Shown here one piece after another: positions 1 through 8,684 of a DNA stretch of 64,000 nucleotides. The notes beneath the pieces were generated by a model. It was not told the origin of the DNA, made no database searches, and was given only the letters and a program-made list of their open reading frames with translations. The DNA comes from an uncultured candidatus Brocadiaceae bacterium (GTDB lineage Bacteria > Planctomycetota > Brocadiia > SM23-32). Positions within the stretch are counted from its first letter, which is position 1. Each line of letters starts with the position of its first letter. The stretch covers positions 14,534-78,533 of the forward strand of contig CAZZNQ010000006.1 in the NCBI GenBank assembly GCA_964655775.1, written 5' to 3'. The position numbers were made by a program, and so were the translations under genes.

Positions 1-2
1 AG

Positions 3-152
3 AAAAGACCGGACTGGATGGTCTATGACGTGAAGATCGAGGGCGTAAGCCTGGTACAGAACTACCGCTCACAGTTCAACGATATCATCGTCGGCGGCTC
101 GTACCGGGAACTGGTCAAGAAGCTGAAGGCAAAGGTCGGCGAAGATGACTAG
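3..152 (+). CDS. mlaC: MlaC/Ttg2D-family phospholipid-binding protein, C-terminal fragment (5' end outside the window)
   Basis: The frame is open from the window edge to TAG at 150-152. The translation KRPDWMVYDVKIEGVSLVQNYRSQFNDIIVGGSYRELVKKLKAKVGEDD matches the conserved MlaC C-terminal block (W-x-VYDV-x-IEGVSLV-x-NYRSQF). It overlaps the downstream mlaA start by 8 nt. Confidence 0.6.
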   Translation, partial: KRPDWMVYDVKIEGVSLVQNYRSQFNDIIVGGSYRELVKKLKAKVGEDD

Positions 153-843
153 GACAAAGAATGCGGCGGCGTCCGCCGTAGTGCGACTGGGAGTGCTCGT
201 TGTACTCGTTAGCGTCACGACGGGCTGCACCATAGGCAGTCGCGGGGAGCGGAACCTCGGCGACCCCTTCCGGCCGATGAACGAAACGTTCTTCACCTTC
301 AACGACAAGATGTACTTCTGGGTGCTGAGACCCGTTGCCACGGGCTACGGCTACGTGGTGCCCCGCCCCGCTCGGCGCGGAGTGAGGAGCTTCTTCTCCA
401 ACCTTGGCACCCCCATGCGGGTGTTCGGATGCGTCCTGCAGGCGCAGTTCAGGGGAGCCGGCACGGAGGTGGCGCGATTCGGCATCAACACCACTGTCGG
501 CGTGCTGGGCTTCTGGGACCCGGCCCGGGGGATGGGGCTGAAGCAGTACGAGGAGGATACGGGCCAGGCGTTCGCCGTCTGGGGCATAGGTCCCGGCTTC
601 TACCTGAACCTGCCATTCCTGGGGCCGTCTACCCTCAGGGACGCCGTCGGCGGCCTGTTCGACCTGGTGCTTAACCCCACGACCTACCTGCCGGGGCTGA
701 ACCTGGTGAACTCGGTGAACTCGATCTCCCTGAATCCGGACGACTACCCAGATCTCAAAGAGGCCGCGCTGGACCCCTACATCGCCGTGCGCAACGCTTA
801 CTGGCAGAACCGCCAGCATCTGGTCCAGGAGCGCTCGCCCTGA
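145..843 (+). CDS. mlaA: MlaA/VacJ-family outer-membrane lipoprotein
   Basis: 232-aa ORF with a lipoprotein-type signal (LVVLVSVTTGC). It carries MlaA signature blocks DPFRPMNETFFTFNDKMYFWVLRPVATGY, FFSNLGTP and RFGINTTVGVLGFWDPA. Confidence 0.85.
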   Translation: MTRTKNAAASAVVRLGVLVVLVSVTTGCTIGSRGERNLGDPFRPMNETFFTFNDKMYFWVLRPVATGYGYVVPRPARRGVRSFFSNLGTPMRVFGCVLQAQFRGAGTEVARFGINTTVGVLGFWDPARGMGLKQYEEDTGQAFAVWGIGPGFYLNLPFLGPSTLRDAVGGLFDLVLNPTTYLPGLNLVNSVNSISLNPDDYPDLKEAALDPYIAVRNAYWQNRQHLVQERSP

Positions 844-855
844 GGCGGCCCGGCG

Positions 856-2763
856 CTACTCCCCGGCAAGGCTCTCGGCGCGCATCTCCGGGTACCGGGG
901 GCCGTTCGGCATAAACTCGTACGCACCGACGTCCGGCGCGCTCCCCTGCGGCACGGGCGTGCCGACGAAATCCCGCTGGACGCGCACCGGCGTCCCCGCG
1001 TCGACAAGCGGACCACCCGCCACCGGTCGGTAATCCCGGTTACCGGCGTCGCGGAAGAGCCGATCCAGGTCGTCAACAACCTTCTCCCCTTCGCCGAGCG
1101 ATCGGCCGCGCTGCGCGGAACCCAACCGGGTATACACGTTGTGGCTGAGTTGGGCGTCCGGCTGGATCCTGCCGCCGAATCCGCCGATGATGTTGTTCCG
1201 GAACACCCATCCGGTTCCCGCGTTGCCGATGTAGATCTGGCCCAGGCAGACGTTGTTGACAACTGTCAGATTATTCAGGGGCCGACTGCGCCAGAGCCCC
1301 ATCGCCGAGCGGCCGTCCGGACTCGGATCGAACAGGTTGTTGCGTATGACGATGTTGTCGCCGTCATTGGTTGTCACGCCGTTGGCGTTGTAGCACTCGT
1401 TGCCCTCGACCAGGATGTCCGTGCACCCGACGTACATCGTCAGGCCGTTCGCGTGCATGCCCAGGTTGTCGCGCACGATGTTGCGCAGCAGCTTGCTGCG
1501 GTGACAGTCATAGTAGTCGACGGCCGTCGAACCGTTCTTGCCCAGCAGGTTGTACTGCGCCACGGAATCGTTGTAGCGCGAGAGCATCAGGCCCGCGCAG
1601 TAAGCGTTCTCGTGGATATGGTTCCACTCGATGAGGCTGTGATCCAGATCCGCCATGAGTACCGCTGCGGAGCGATTGGGATACGTGCGAACGCGCGATA
1701 TCTCGTTGTGCCGGATGGTCACGTCCGTCGACTGCTCGCGCCGGCTCTTGGTTATGCCGGCCGCGCGATTACCGCCCTGCTGGTAGACGGCGAAGCCCTG
1801 GATGACGACATGCCCGGCGGATCGAAGGTCGAAGCCGTATTTGCGCTTGCTGATGGTGATTCCCTCCGGCCCGTTTGGCCCAATCTCCGCCGGCCACAGG
1901 ACGAGTCGCACTTTGCCGCCGGAAGCGTTCTTCTCGTCCAGGTAGTACTCGCGCGGTCGGTCGAGGAACTTCAGGCTGTTTAGCATGCTGTAGCGCGCCC
2001 GCCGGTTCTCGTAGAGGTCGTTCTCGATCTTCTCAAGGCCGATCGTGTGCTTCTCGGGGCTATAGCCCAGCACGCGGGGATAGGCGATCACGTTCGGTCG
2101 CACCCACACGGCGGCATACGCGCCATCGAAGTAATCCGGATCGCGCTGGGTGAAATAGGCGGGATCCGTAATGCTCGTCGGGGTCACTTCCACCTGACCG
2201 GGCTCGGTCGGCAGGTAGGTGTCCAGCCGGTCGTGGTAGAACGGGATGTCCGGATTGGGATCCTGCGCGCAGTTCAGGTACGTGGAGCCCTGGTAGAGGC
2301 TAAAGCTGAAGAAGGTGCGGGCGTCGTCCAGGTAGGTATAGTAGAGTTCGCGCCAGTGGGGGTTGCCTTCCACTTCCTCCGGCCCGGACACTTTCCGCCA
2401 TCCGCCGACCGGCTCTCCGCCCTGAATCACGGCCCTGCCTTGACCGAAACTGCCGTCGGTGTTGCCGTCGTAGGTGATGGGCCGCTCCGGAGCGCCGGCG
2501 AAGGGGATCGCGACGATGCCCCTGTATTCCACGCCGCCCCGGAAAACCACCCTGTCACCGGGCTTCAACTCCGTCGCGGCGGCGTTACCAGTGGCCTCCT
2601 CGTCGCCCGGGCAATGCTTGAAAGCGCCGCCCCGCTCGGGGGAAAGGCCGCTCGCGCCGTCCGAGCCGGAGGCGTAGTCGACGTAGTACGTTCTGGCCAG
2701 CGCCGCCGGGCAGGCCAACGCCAGCACGATTGCCGCCACCACGAACATCCCGGACCCGCTCAT
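856..2763 (-). CDS. secreted right-handed parallel beta-helix repeat protein (polysaccharide lyase/hydrolase-like)
   Basis: The ORF spans 856..2778. ATG at 2763 is preceded by GGGAGGA, whereas 2778 is a GTG. Signal peptide MSGSGMFVVAAIVLALACPAALA. Beta-helix rungs are visible (NIVRDN, VEGNECYN, IVIRNNLF, VVNNVCLG, FRNNIIGG). N- and C-terminal modules are shared with the paralog at 36506..38794. Confidence 0.8.
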   Translation of the reverse strand: MSGSGMFVVAAIVLALACPAALARTYYVDYASGSDGASGLSPERGGAFKHCPGDEEATGNAAATELKPGDRVVFRGGVEYRGIVAIPFAGAPERPITYDGNTDGSFGQGRAVIQGGEPVGGWRKVSGPEEVEGNPHWRELYYTYLDDARTFFSFSLYQGSTYLNCAQDPNPDIPFYHDRLDTYLPTEPGQVEVTPTSITDPAYFTQRDPDYFDGAYAAVWVRPNVIAYPRVLGYSPEKHTIGLEKIENDLYENRRARYSMLNSLKFLDRPREYYLDEKNASGGKVRLVLWPAEIGPNGPEGITISKRKYGFDLRSAGHVVIQGFAVYQQGGNRAAGITKSRREQSTDVTIRHNEISRVRTYPNRSAAVLMADLDHSLIEWNHIHENAYCAGLMLSRYNDSVAQYNLLGKNGSTAVDYYDCHRSKLLRNIVRDNLGMHANGLTMYVGCTDILVEGNECYNANGVTTNDGDNIVIRNNLFDPSPDGRSAMGLWRSRPLNNLTVVNNVCLGQIYIGNAGTGWVFRNNIIGGFGGRIQPDAQLSHNVYTRLGSAQRGRSLGEGEKVVDDLDRLFRDAGNRDYRPVAGGPLVDAGTPVRVQRDFVGTPVPQGSAPDVGAYEFMPNGPRYPEMRAESLAGE

Positions 2764-2809
2764 ATCATCCTCCCGCACGCTGTGCGTGCACTTGCCTCTG
2801 CAAGCCTGC

Positions 2810-3802
2810 TTACTTCACGTAGACGACGGTCTCGGTGTTGAGGGACTCGATCGCGGCCGCCAAGACCTTCTGCGCGGCCAGACCGTCCGCCCCGGAGCCG
2901 TCGATCTCCTCGGAATCGGCCCCCTCGCTCACCTGTTCCAGGAACCGGTGAATGCGGTTGACGAAGGTGTCCACGAAGTCGCGCATGCCGCCGAACACCG
3001 GGTTCGTGTAGACGATCTTCTCGGGATCGCCGGCCGGATAGAGCGTGACCTCGCGCCACATGTCGTCCAGCACGAATCGGCCGTCGGTCCCGGCCACCTC
3101 GCAGCGTTCCATCGGATGGCCGCGTTCGATGTCGTAGCTGCCCGTCAGGCCTCCGACTGCACCGTTGACGAAGCGCATGTTGAAATGCGCGGTGGACCAG
3201 ATGCTGCGGCCGGGCGCCTTCAGAGCAAAGCATTGGACGGCCTCGATGTCGCCGCAGAAATACCGCATGACGTCGACCGTGTGGGGATGCAGGGCCTTGA
3301 GCTGGAAGTACGGCGAACTCTCCGCCGGGTTCTTGATCCACATCGCCATGTTCACGAAAAGCGGCCGACCGATCCGGCCCTCGTCCACCCACCTCCTCGC
3401 CAGCCGCGCGGCCGGCGTGAACCGGTGGTTGAGGTCGATGCCAAAGCAGCGACTGAGCTTCCGGGCCGTCGCCACCATCTCCTCCGCCTCCGGTATCTCA
3501 TTCGAGATCGGTTTCTCGCAGAGGACGTGGCAGCCCGCCTGCAGGGCCTGCATGGTGGGCTCGTAATGGTCGCTGCCGTATTCGTACCCTCCGGTGGCGA
3601 CGCTGCAGACGTCGGGGGCCAATGCCTCGAGCATCTCCGGCGCGCTGTAGAAACCGGGCACGCCCAGCCTCTCGGCCGAGGCGTCCGCCCGCTCCCTGTC
3701 GATGTCGCAGACGCCGATCAACTCGGCCAGTCCGTCGGCCTGGTAGATATCGGCGTGACGGTTTCCGATCGGTCCCAATCCGATAACGCAGACTCGCAGC
3801 AT
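2810..3802 (-). CDS. Gfo/Idh/MocA-family NAD(P)-dependent oxidoreductase
   Basis: The ORF track runs to 4090, but the Rossmann start MLRVCVIGLGPIGNRHADIY begins at ATG 3802, preceded by GAGAGGTGA. It has the EKP motif (VLCEKPISNE) and is about 55% identical by eye to 8685..9674. Confidence 0.85.
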   Translation of the reverse strand: MLRVCVIGLGPIGNRHADIYQADGLAELIGVCDIDRERADASAERLGVPGFYSAPEMLEALAPDVCSVATGGYEYGSDHYEPTMQALQAGCHVLCEKPISNEIPEAEEMVATARKLSRCFGIDLNHRFTPAARLARRWVDEGRIGRPLFVNMAMWIKNPAESSPYFQLKALHPHTVDVMRYFCGDIEAVQCFALKAPGRSIWSTAHFNMRFVNGAVGGLTGSYDIERGHPMERCEVAGTDGRFVLDDMWREVTLYPAGDPEKIVYTNPVFGGMRDFVDTFVNRIHRFLEQVSEGADSEEIDGSGADGLAAQKVLAAAIESLNTETVVYVK

Positions 3803-3869
3803 GACGTCACCTCTCGCACTTCGCACGGTCTCGAACTCTTTGCTTCCAAAGGTCATTCTGTAAGAGGCG

Positions 3870-5261
3870 CTAGTCGCCGCGCGCCTGCAGTCGCCTGGCG
3901 GCTTCCGGATCGCCGATGTGCAGCGTGCTGTATGCCTGCTCGGCCGATTCGAACGGGCCTTCGACCTCCTTCGAACCGTGCCAATGCAGGTTCCTGTACA
4001 TCGGGTTGGTCCGGCCCGTCTCCTCCTCCCGGCGGGCGATCCAGTCCTGCATCCGCTCCTCCAGGGCCGCAACGACCTTCGGCTCCACATCCGCCAGGTT
4101 CTCCGACTCCTCCGGGTCGCGCACCAGGTTGTACAGCTCCACCTCCGGCTTGAAGTGGAAGTCCGGCTCCAGCGCGTGGATCAGCTTCCACTGGGGCGTG
4201 CGCCAGCCGTGCTTGCGCATCCAAGTGCACTCGGTGATGTAGAACTCCGCCGTGGGAACGCGGCGTTCGCCCGCCATCTCCGGGAACAGGCTCTGTCCCT
4301 CGAAGTCGATCTCCCGGTCCACGCCCAGGATGTCCAGAATGGTCGGCATCACGTCCGCCAGCACGGCGTTGCCGCCGAAGCGGCCGCCCGCCGGCACGGT
4401 GCCCGGCATGCGGAACACCAGCGGAACGCGCAGCGTCGGCTCGTAGAGGCCGTGGTGGTCGAAGTAGCACTCGTGGTCGTAAAGCGTCTCCCCGTGATCG
4501 CTGTCAAAGACGATGAGGGTGTTCTCGTCCAGGCCCAGGGCGGAGACGCGGGCGAAGATGTTCTGGATGCAGGCGTCCATGTAGGCCACGGCGCCGTCGT
4601 ACTGGGCGATCACGTAGTCCTTGTCGGTGATGCCCGGCGGCATCCAGGTTGCAAAGAAGTCGCGGAACGGCCGGAACTCGAATACGGGGTCCATGGACTT
4701 GTTCTCGGGGTCGAACTCGTCTCCGCCGTAGAACGCACGCTCGAATGGCTGCGGGGGCAGGTAGGGCGCGTGCGGGTCCATGTGCCGCAGGAAGAGGAAG
4801 AACGGTTTGCCGGTCTTCGCCAGCCGCTCCAGTTCGGGCAGCGCCACCTCGTTCAGGTTCTCGGCCTTATGGCTCCTGCCTTCCTCCCAGCTTCCCCAAG
4901 CGGGGAAGTTCAGATAGTTGTCGAACCCCCTTGCGGCCGGATTCTTTTCGAAGCCGACGGATGTGGTCTCGTATCCTTCCTCGCGGAGCACCTCCGCCAG
5001 CGTCGGCACGCCCTCCGCCATCGGGCCTCGGTGCCGCAGGGCGACCGTGTCCGTGCCGAAGCAGTCCCGACCGGTAAGCATGCCGCCATAGCCGGAAGTG
5101 GTGGGTATGTGGGGGCTGAAGCAGTTCTCGAAGACCGCCCCTTCGGACGCGAAGCGCTCGATGTGCGGCGTCGTCAGGTGCTGATACCCGTACAGACTCA
5201 TGTGGTCCGCCCGAAGGCTGTCCACCCCGATCAGAAGCAGGTTGGGTTTCGATGTTGCCAT
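3870..5261 (-). CDS. sulfatase-family (alkaline-phosphatase superfamily) hydrolase, cytoplasmic, lacking the C/S-x-P-x-R formylglycine motif
   Basis: The ORF spans 3870..5285 with a TTG start. ATG at 5261 is preceded by GAGGAG and aligns with the paralog N-terminus (MATSKPNLLLIGVDSLRADH versus MTTDKANLLLIAVDSLRADH). The sulfatase fold blocks are present, but the nucleophile position reads T-T-S-G-Y (5097-5102 encode Thr-Thr). No signal peptide. Confidence 0.8.
   Translation of the reverse strand: MATSKPNLLLIGVDSLRADHMSLYGYQHLTTPHIERFASEGAVFENCFSPHIPTTSGYGGMLTGRDCFGTDTVALRHRGPMAEGVPTLAEVLREEGYETTSVGFEKNPAARGFDNYLNFPAWGSWEEGRSHKAENLNEVALPELERLAKTGKPFFLFLRHMDPHAPYLPPQPFERAFYGGDEFDPENKSMDPVFEFRPFRDFFATWMPPGITDKDYVIAQYDGAVAYMDACIQNIFARVSALGLDENTLIVFDSDHGETLYDHECYFDHHGLYEPTLRVPLVFRMPGTVPAGGRFGGNAVLADVMPTILDILGVDREIDFEGQSLFPEMAGERRVPTAEFYITECTWMRKHGWRTPQWKLIHALEPDFHFKPEVELYNLVRDPEESENLADVEPKVVAALEERMQDWIARREEETGRTNPMYRNLHWHGSKEVEGPFESAEQAYSTLHIGDPEAARRLQARGD
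3999..4475. repeat. near-identical duplicated tract, copy A (perfect identity 4135-4448)
   Basis: Manual alignment at a constant offset of 1473 nt to 5472-5948. Positions 4135-4448 equal 5608-5921 exactly (314 bp). Only a few mismatches flank this between 3999-4134 and 4449-4475. The rest of the two genes is clearly diverged. Confidence 0.9.
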
Positions 5262-5315
5262 CTGAATGGTGCTCCTCTCATGCAACTCGTTGTGTTATCG
5301 GCACCGACTGTGCCG

Positions 5316-6734
5316 TCAAAGGTATCCGAGGGCGGCGAGCATCTTCTCGCGCGGGTCCCGGTGCTGGGGCGCGCGGCCTAGCGCCCCGATTCGCAGAACG
5401 TCGTACGCCTGCTGCGACGACTCGAACGGCCCCTTCACGTCCCGAGCGCCGTGCCAGCGCGGGTTCGTGTGCATCGGGTTGGTCCGGCCCGTCTCTTTCT
5501 CCCGGCGGGCGATCCAGTCCTGCATCCGCTCCTCCAAAGCCGCACAGATCTTCGGCTCCACATCCGCCAGGTTCTCCGACTCCTCCGGGTCGCGCACCAG
5601 GTTATAGAGCTCCACCTCCGGCTTGAAGTGGAAGTCCGGCTCCAGCGCGTGGATCAGCTTCCACTGGGGCGTGCGCCAGCCGTGCTTGCGCATCCAAGTG
5701 CACTCGGTGATGTAGAACTCCGCCGTGGGAACGCGGCGTTCGCCCGCCATCTCCGGGAACAGGCTCTGTCCCTCGAAGTCGATCTCCCGGTCCACGCCCA
5801 GGATGTCCAGAATGGTCGGCATCACGTCCGCCAGCACGGCGTTGCCGCCGAAGCGGCCGCCCGCCGGCACGGTGCCCGGCATGCGGAACACCAGCGGAAC
5901 GCGCAGCGTCGGCTCGTAGAGACCGTGGTGGTCGAAGTAGCACTCGTGCTCGTAGAGGCTCTCGCCGTGATCGGCCGTGAGCACGACCAGCGTCGACTCG
6001 GCCAGCCCCAGATCGTCCAACGCCCCGAAAAGCCGCTGCAGGCAGATGTCCAGGTAGGCGATGGCGCCGTCGTACTGCGCCACGATGTAATCCTTGTCGG
6101 TGACGTTCGGCGGTATCCAGTTCGTGAAGAACCCGCGGAACGGCTCGAATGCCCGCACCGGGTCCATGGACTTGTTGGCGGCGTCGCACTCGTCGCCACC
6201 GTAGAAGATCCTCTTGAACGGATCCGGGGGCAGGTACGGCGCGTGCGGGTCCATGGCGCGCAGGAAGAGGAAAAATGGCTGCTCGGAATGCGCGGCCTTC
6301 TCGAGCTCCGGCACGGCGACGGCGTTCATCGCTTCCGCCTTGGGGCATTCCGTCTCGCCTTCCGAGGCCCATGCCTGGTAGCTGTGAAGACTCTCAAAGC
6401 CGCGCCCCGCAACGTTATGCTCGAAGCCGACGGAACTGGTCAGATAGCCCTCCTCGCGCAGCACCTCCGCCAGCGTCGGCACGCCCTCGGCCATTGGGCC
6501 GACGTGCCGGAGCGCGACGGTATCCGTGCCGAAGCAGTCCCGTCCCGTCAGGATACCGCCGAAGGCGGGCGTGGTCGGGATGTGCGGGCTGAAACAGTTC
6601 TCGAACACTGCCCCACCGGCCGCGAAGCGGTCGACGTGGGGCGTGGTCAGGTGGTGGTACCCGTGAAGACTCATGTGGTCGGCCCGAAGGCTGTCCACGG
6701 CTATCAGGAGCAGGTTCGCCTTGTCGGTCGTCAT
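5316..6734 (-). CDS. sulfatase-family (alkaline-phosphatase superfamily) hydrolase, cytoplasmic paralog lacking the formylglycine motif
   Basis: 472-aa ORF and tandem paralog of 3870..5261. It has DSLRADH, and the nucleophile position reads T-T-P-A-F (Thr-Thr at 6570-6575). A 125-aa C-terminal segment is identical to the paralog. Confidence 0.8.
   Translation of the reverse strand: MTTDKANLLLIAVDSLRADHMSLHGYHHLTTPHVDRFAAGGAVFENCFSPHIPTTPAFGGILTGRDCFGTDTVALRHVGPMAEGVPTLAEVLREEGYLTSSVGFEHNVAGRGFESLHSYQAWASEGETECPKAEAMNAVAVPELEKAAHSEQPFFLFLRAMDPHAPYLPPDPFKRIFYGGDECDAANKSMDPVRAFEPFRGFFTNWIPPNVTDKDYIVAQYDGAIAYLDICLQRLFGALDDLGLAESTLVVLTADHGESLYEHECYFDHHGLYEPTLRVPLVFRMPGTVPAGGRFGGNAVLADVMPTILDILGVDREIDFEGQSLFPEMAGERRVPTAEFYITECTWMRKHGWRTPQWKLIHALEPDFHFKPEVELYNLVRDPEESENLADVEPKICAALEERMQDWIARREKETGRTNPMHTNPRWHGARDVKGPFESSQQAYDVLRIGALGRAPQHRDPREKMLAALGYL
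5472..5948. repeat. near-identical duplicated tract, copy B (perfect identity 5608-5921)
   Basis: Same alignment as copy A. The identical 64-aa antisense ORFs at 4252..4446 and 5725..5919 in the ORF track confirm the identity independently. Confidence 0.9.
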
Positions 6735-6777
6735 GCGCCGCGCCTCCTTGCGGCCGATTCAGACATCTGCGCAGGTC

Positions 6778-7833
6778 TCAGATCTTGCTCTCTTCGAAGG
6801 TTACGCGCCGTCCCTGTTCCGCCGACTCGTAACAGGCCAGGACAAGGCGCAGCACCGCCCGTCCGTCCTCGGCGGTCGCTATCGGAGCTCGCTCGCCCCG
6901 CAGGAACTCCGCCAGGGGCCGTGCCAGCCCGGCTATCCGTTCCCTCTGGCCGCCGATGTCCGGCAGGTCGCTCACCGTCCATCCGTCCGCGCCCTGGACG
7001 TACCACTTCAACTGGATTCCGCCGGGCGGACGCGGCACGCCGGAACTCGGACCGTCGCCGTAGTTGCCGACGATCATGCCCTTCTCGCAGACGATCTCCA
7101 ACGTGTTCTCGCCCGCCGGGGCGACGAAGGTGCAGGAGACCTCCGCAAACGCGCCGCCGGCGCACCGGTAGACGGCGATGGCGTTGTCGTTTGGGACCGC
7201 CGGATTCAGCAGCGTGCCCATCTCCGCCACCACGCTCACCGGCATTCCCAGTAGCCAGTAGACGAAGTCCACGGCGTGGGCGGCGTCGTCGGCGAAGATA
7301 TCGCGATTCAGGTCCGGCTGCACGTGCCAGGTCTTCTCGAAGTCGGGCCAGAGCTGCGTGGAGAGGCAGTGCCGGCGCCGCACCATGTAGACCTTGCCGA
7401 GCCGACCGTTGCGCAGTAGGTCGCGCGCCTTCAGGTTCTGGGGATCGACGCGCATCTGCCAGGCCATCGTGAACGGCACGCCGCCCCGCTTCACGGCGTC
7501 GACGATGCGGTCGGCCTCGTCCATCGTCAGCGCGATCGGCTTCTGCAGCACGACGGCCTTGCCCGCCTCCGCCGCCGATTCCACGAGATCGGCGTGCAGC
7601 GACGTCTCGGCGGCGACGATAACCGCGTCCACGTCCTGTCGGGAAAGCAGCGCCTCAGCCGACGGCTCCTGCTCCAGTCCGTAGTCGTCGCAGGCCGCGC
7701 CAGCCCGGCCGTTGTCGTGATCCCAACCGGCAACAACGCGGACGCCGATCAAGGGGTCCTCGCGCCACTCGTCGCAGTAGGTGCGCACGTGCCCATGGGC
7801 GAAGCCGAGTATGCCGACGCGGACCGGTTCCAT
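6778..7833 (-). CDS. Gfo/Idh/MocA-family oxidoreductase
   Basis: 351-aa ORF with N-terminal VRVGILGFAHGHVRTY and a QKP variant of the EKP motif (AVVLQKPIALTMDEADRIV). Typical family length. Confidence 0.8.
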   Translation of the reverse strand: MEPVRVGILGFAHGHVRTYCDEWREDPLIGVRVVAGWDHDNGRAGAACDDYGLEQEPSAEALLSRQDVDAVIVAAETSLHADLVESAAEAGKAVVLQKPIALTMDEADRIVDAVKRGGVPFTMAWQMRVDPQNLKARDLLRNGRLGKVYMVRRRHCLSTQLWPDFEKTWHVQPDLNRDIFADDAAHAVDFVYWLLGMPVSVVAEMGTLLNPAVPNDNAIAVYRCAGGAFAEVSCTFVAPAGENTLEIVCEKGMIVGNYGDGPSSGVPRPPGGIQLKWYVQGADGWTVSDLPDIGGQRERIAGLARPLAEFLRGERAPIATAEDGRAVLRLVLACYESAEQGRRVTFEESKI

Positions 7834-7840
7834 GGCTCGG

Positions 7841-8638
7841 CTACCTTCCCAGTGCCTTCAGACAGGCGTTCATGTAGCCCCGGCTCTCTGCGGCCACAAT
7901 CGCCTTCTGGGACAGGTTCAGATGCTTCGCGCCGATCACCTCCAGGCAGACCGGTCCGTCGTAGTCGGCATCGACCATCGCCTTGAAGTAGCCCAACAGG
8001 TCGATGTCGCCGCGCCCGCAGGCCTGATCCTGAGCCAGACCGGGCGAGGGACCCGGGCCCTTGCAGTCGCGGATGTGGACGTGACGCACCCGGTCGATGA
8101 CCTTGGGCAGCGCTTCGGCCGGGTTCTCGCCCGCGCGATGGATGTGGCTGGGGTCCATGTCGATGCCGAACGCCGGGGACTGGATCTTCTCCATGGCACG
8201 CAGCGTAGTGGGCGTATCGTGAATGCAGGCGCCCACGTGCGCCTTCACGCAGAGCGTTACGCCGTGCTCGGTGGCCAGTTCCGCCATGGCCGCCATCTTG
8301 TCGGTCTGGCGGTCGAAGTCCTCCGGCACATCCTCCTTGCCGCCGGGGCCGATGTTTACCACCGGTATCCCCAGCGCCTGCGCGGCCGCGAACGCCATCT
8401 TCAGTCGCTCCGCGTCCAGCGATGCCTCCTCCATGGAGAGCAGTTCTAGACCCAGGTCGGACGCCAGGGCGGTGATATCGTCCGCCTGCTCCTCCCAGCG
8501 GTCCAGCTCCAGATGCTCGCACATGCCCTTTATGGCCGACAGCTCCACGCCGTCGTAACCGGCCCAGGCGATGTGCTCCATGGCCGTCTTCAGATCGTGC
8601 TCCACGAAGAGCACGGAGTTCACTCCCAGCTTGATCAT
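7841..8638 (-). CDS. sugar phosphate isomerase/epimerase (xylose isomerase-like TIM barrel)
   Basis: 265-aa ORF: MIKLGVNSVLFVEHDLKTAMEHIAWAGYDGVELS..., then HVHIRDCKG and DYDGPVCLEV, which are typical blocks of this TIM-barrel family. Confidence 0.8.
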   Translation of the reverse strand: MIKLGVNSVLFVEHDLKTAMEHIAWAGYDGVELSAIKGMCEHLELDRWEEQADDITALASDLGLELLSMEEASLDAERLKMAFAAAQALGIPVVNIGPGGKEDVPEDFDRQTDKMAAMAELATEHGVTLCVKAHVGACIHDTPTTLRAMEKIQSPAFGIDMDPSHIHRAGENPAEALPKVIDRVRHVHIRDCKGPGPSPGLAQDQACGRGDIDLLGYFKAMVDADYDGPVCLEVIGAKHLNLSQKAIVAAESRGYMNACLKALGR

Positions 8639-8684
8639 GTCGGTTGCCTCCGGTAGATCAGGTGCGTTAGTTCGAGACGCCGGA

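Noticed and set aside
2810-4090. N-terminal extensions of several ORF-track models: 2810..4090, 9796..11133, 11000..12463, 19290..22118, 36395.., 38658.., 40100.., 41246..42658, 48563..49639, 49666.. and 54271...
   Set aside because: The extensions are Arg/Pro-rich and overlap neighbouring genes. They precede an internal ATG that has a good Shine-Dalgarno sequence and the expected family N-terminus or signal peptide. In several cases they start upstream of the predicted TSS. The shorter models were reported instead.
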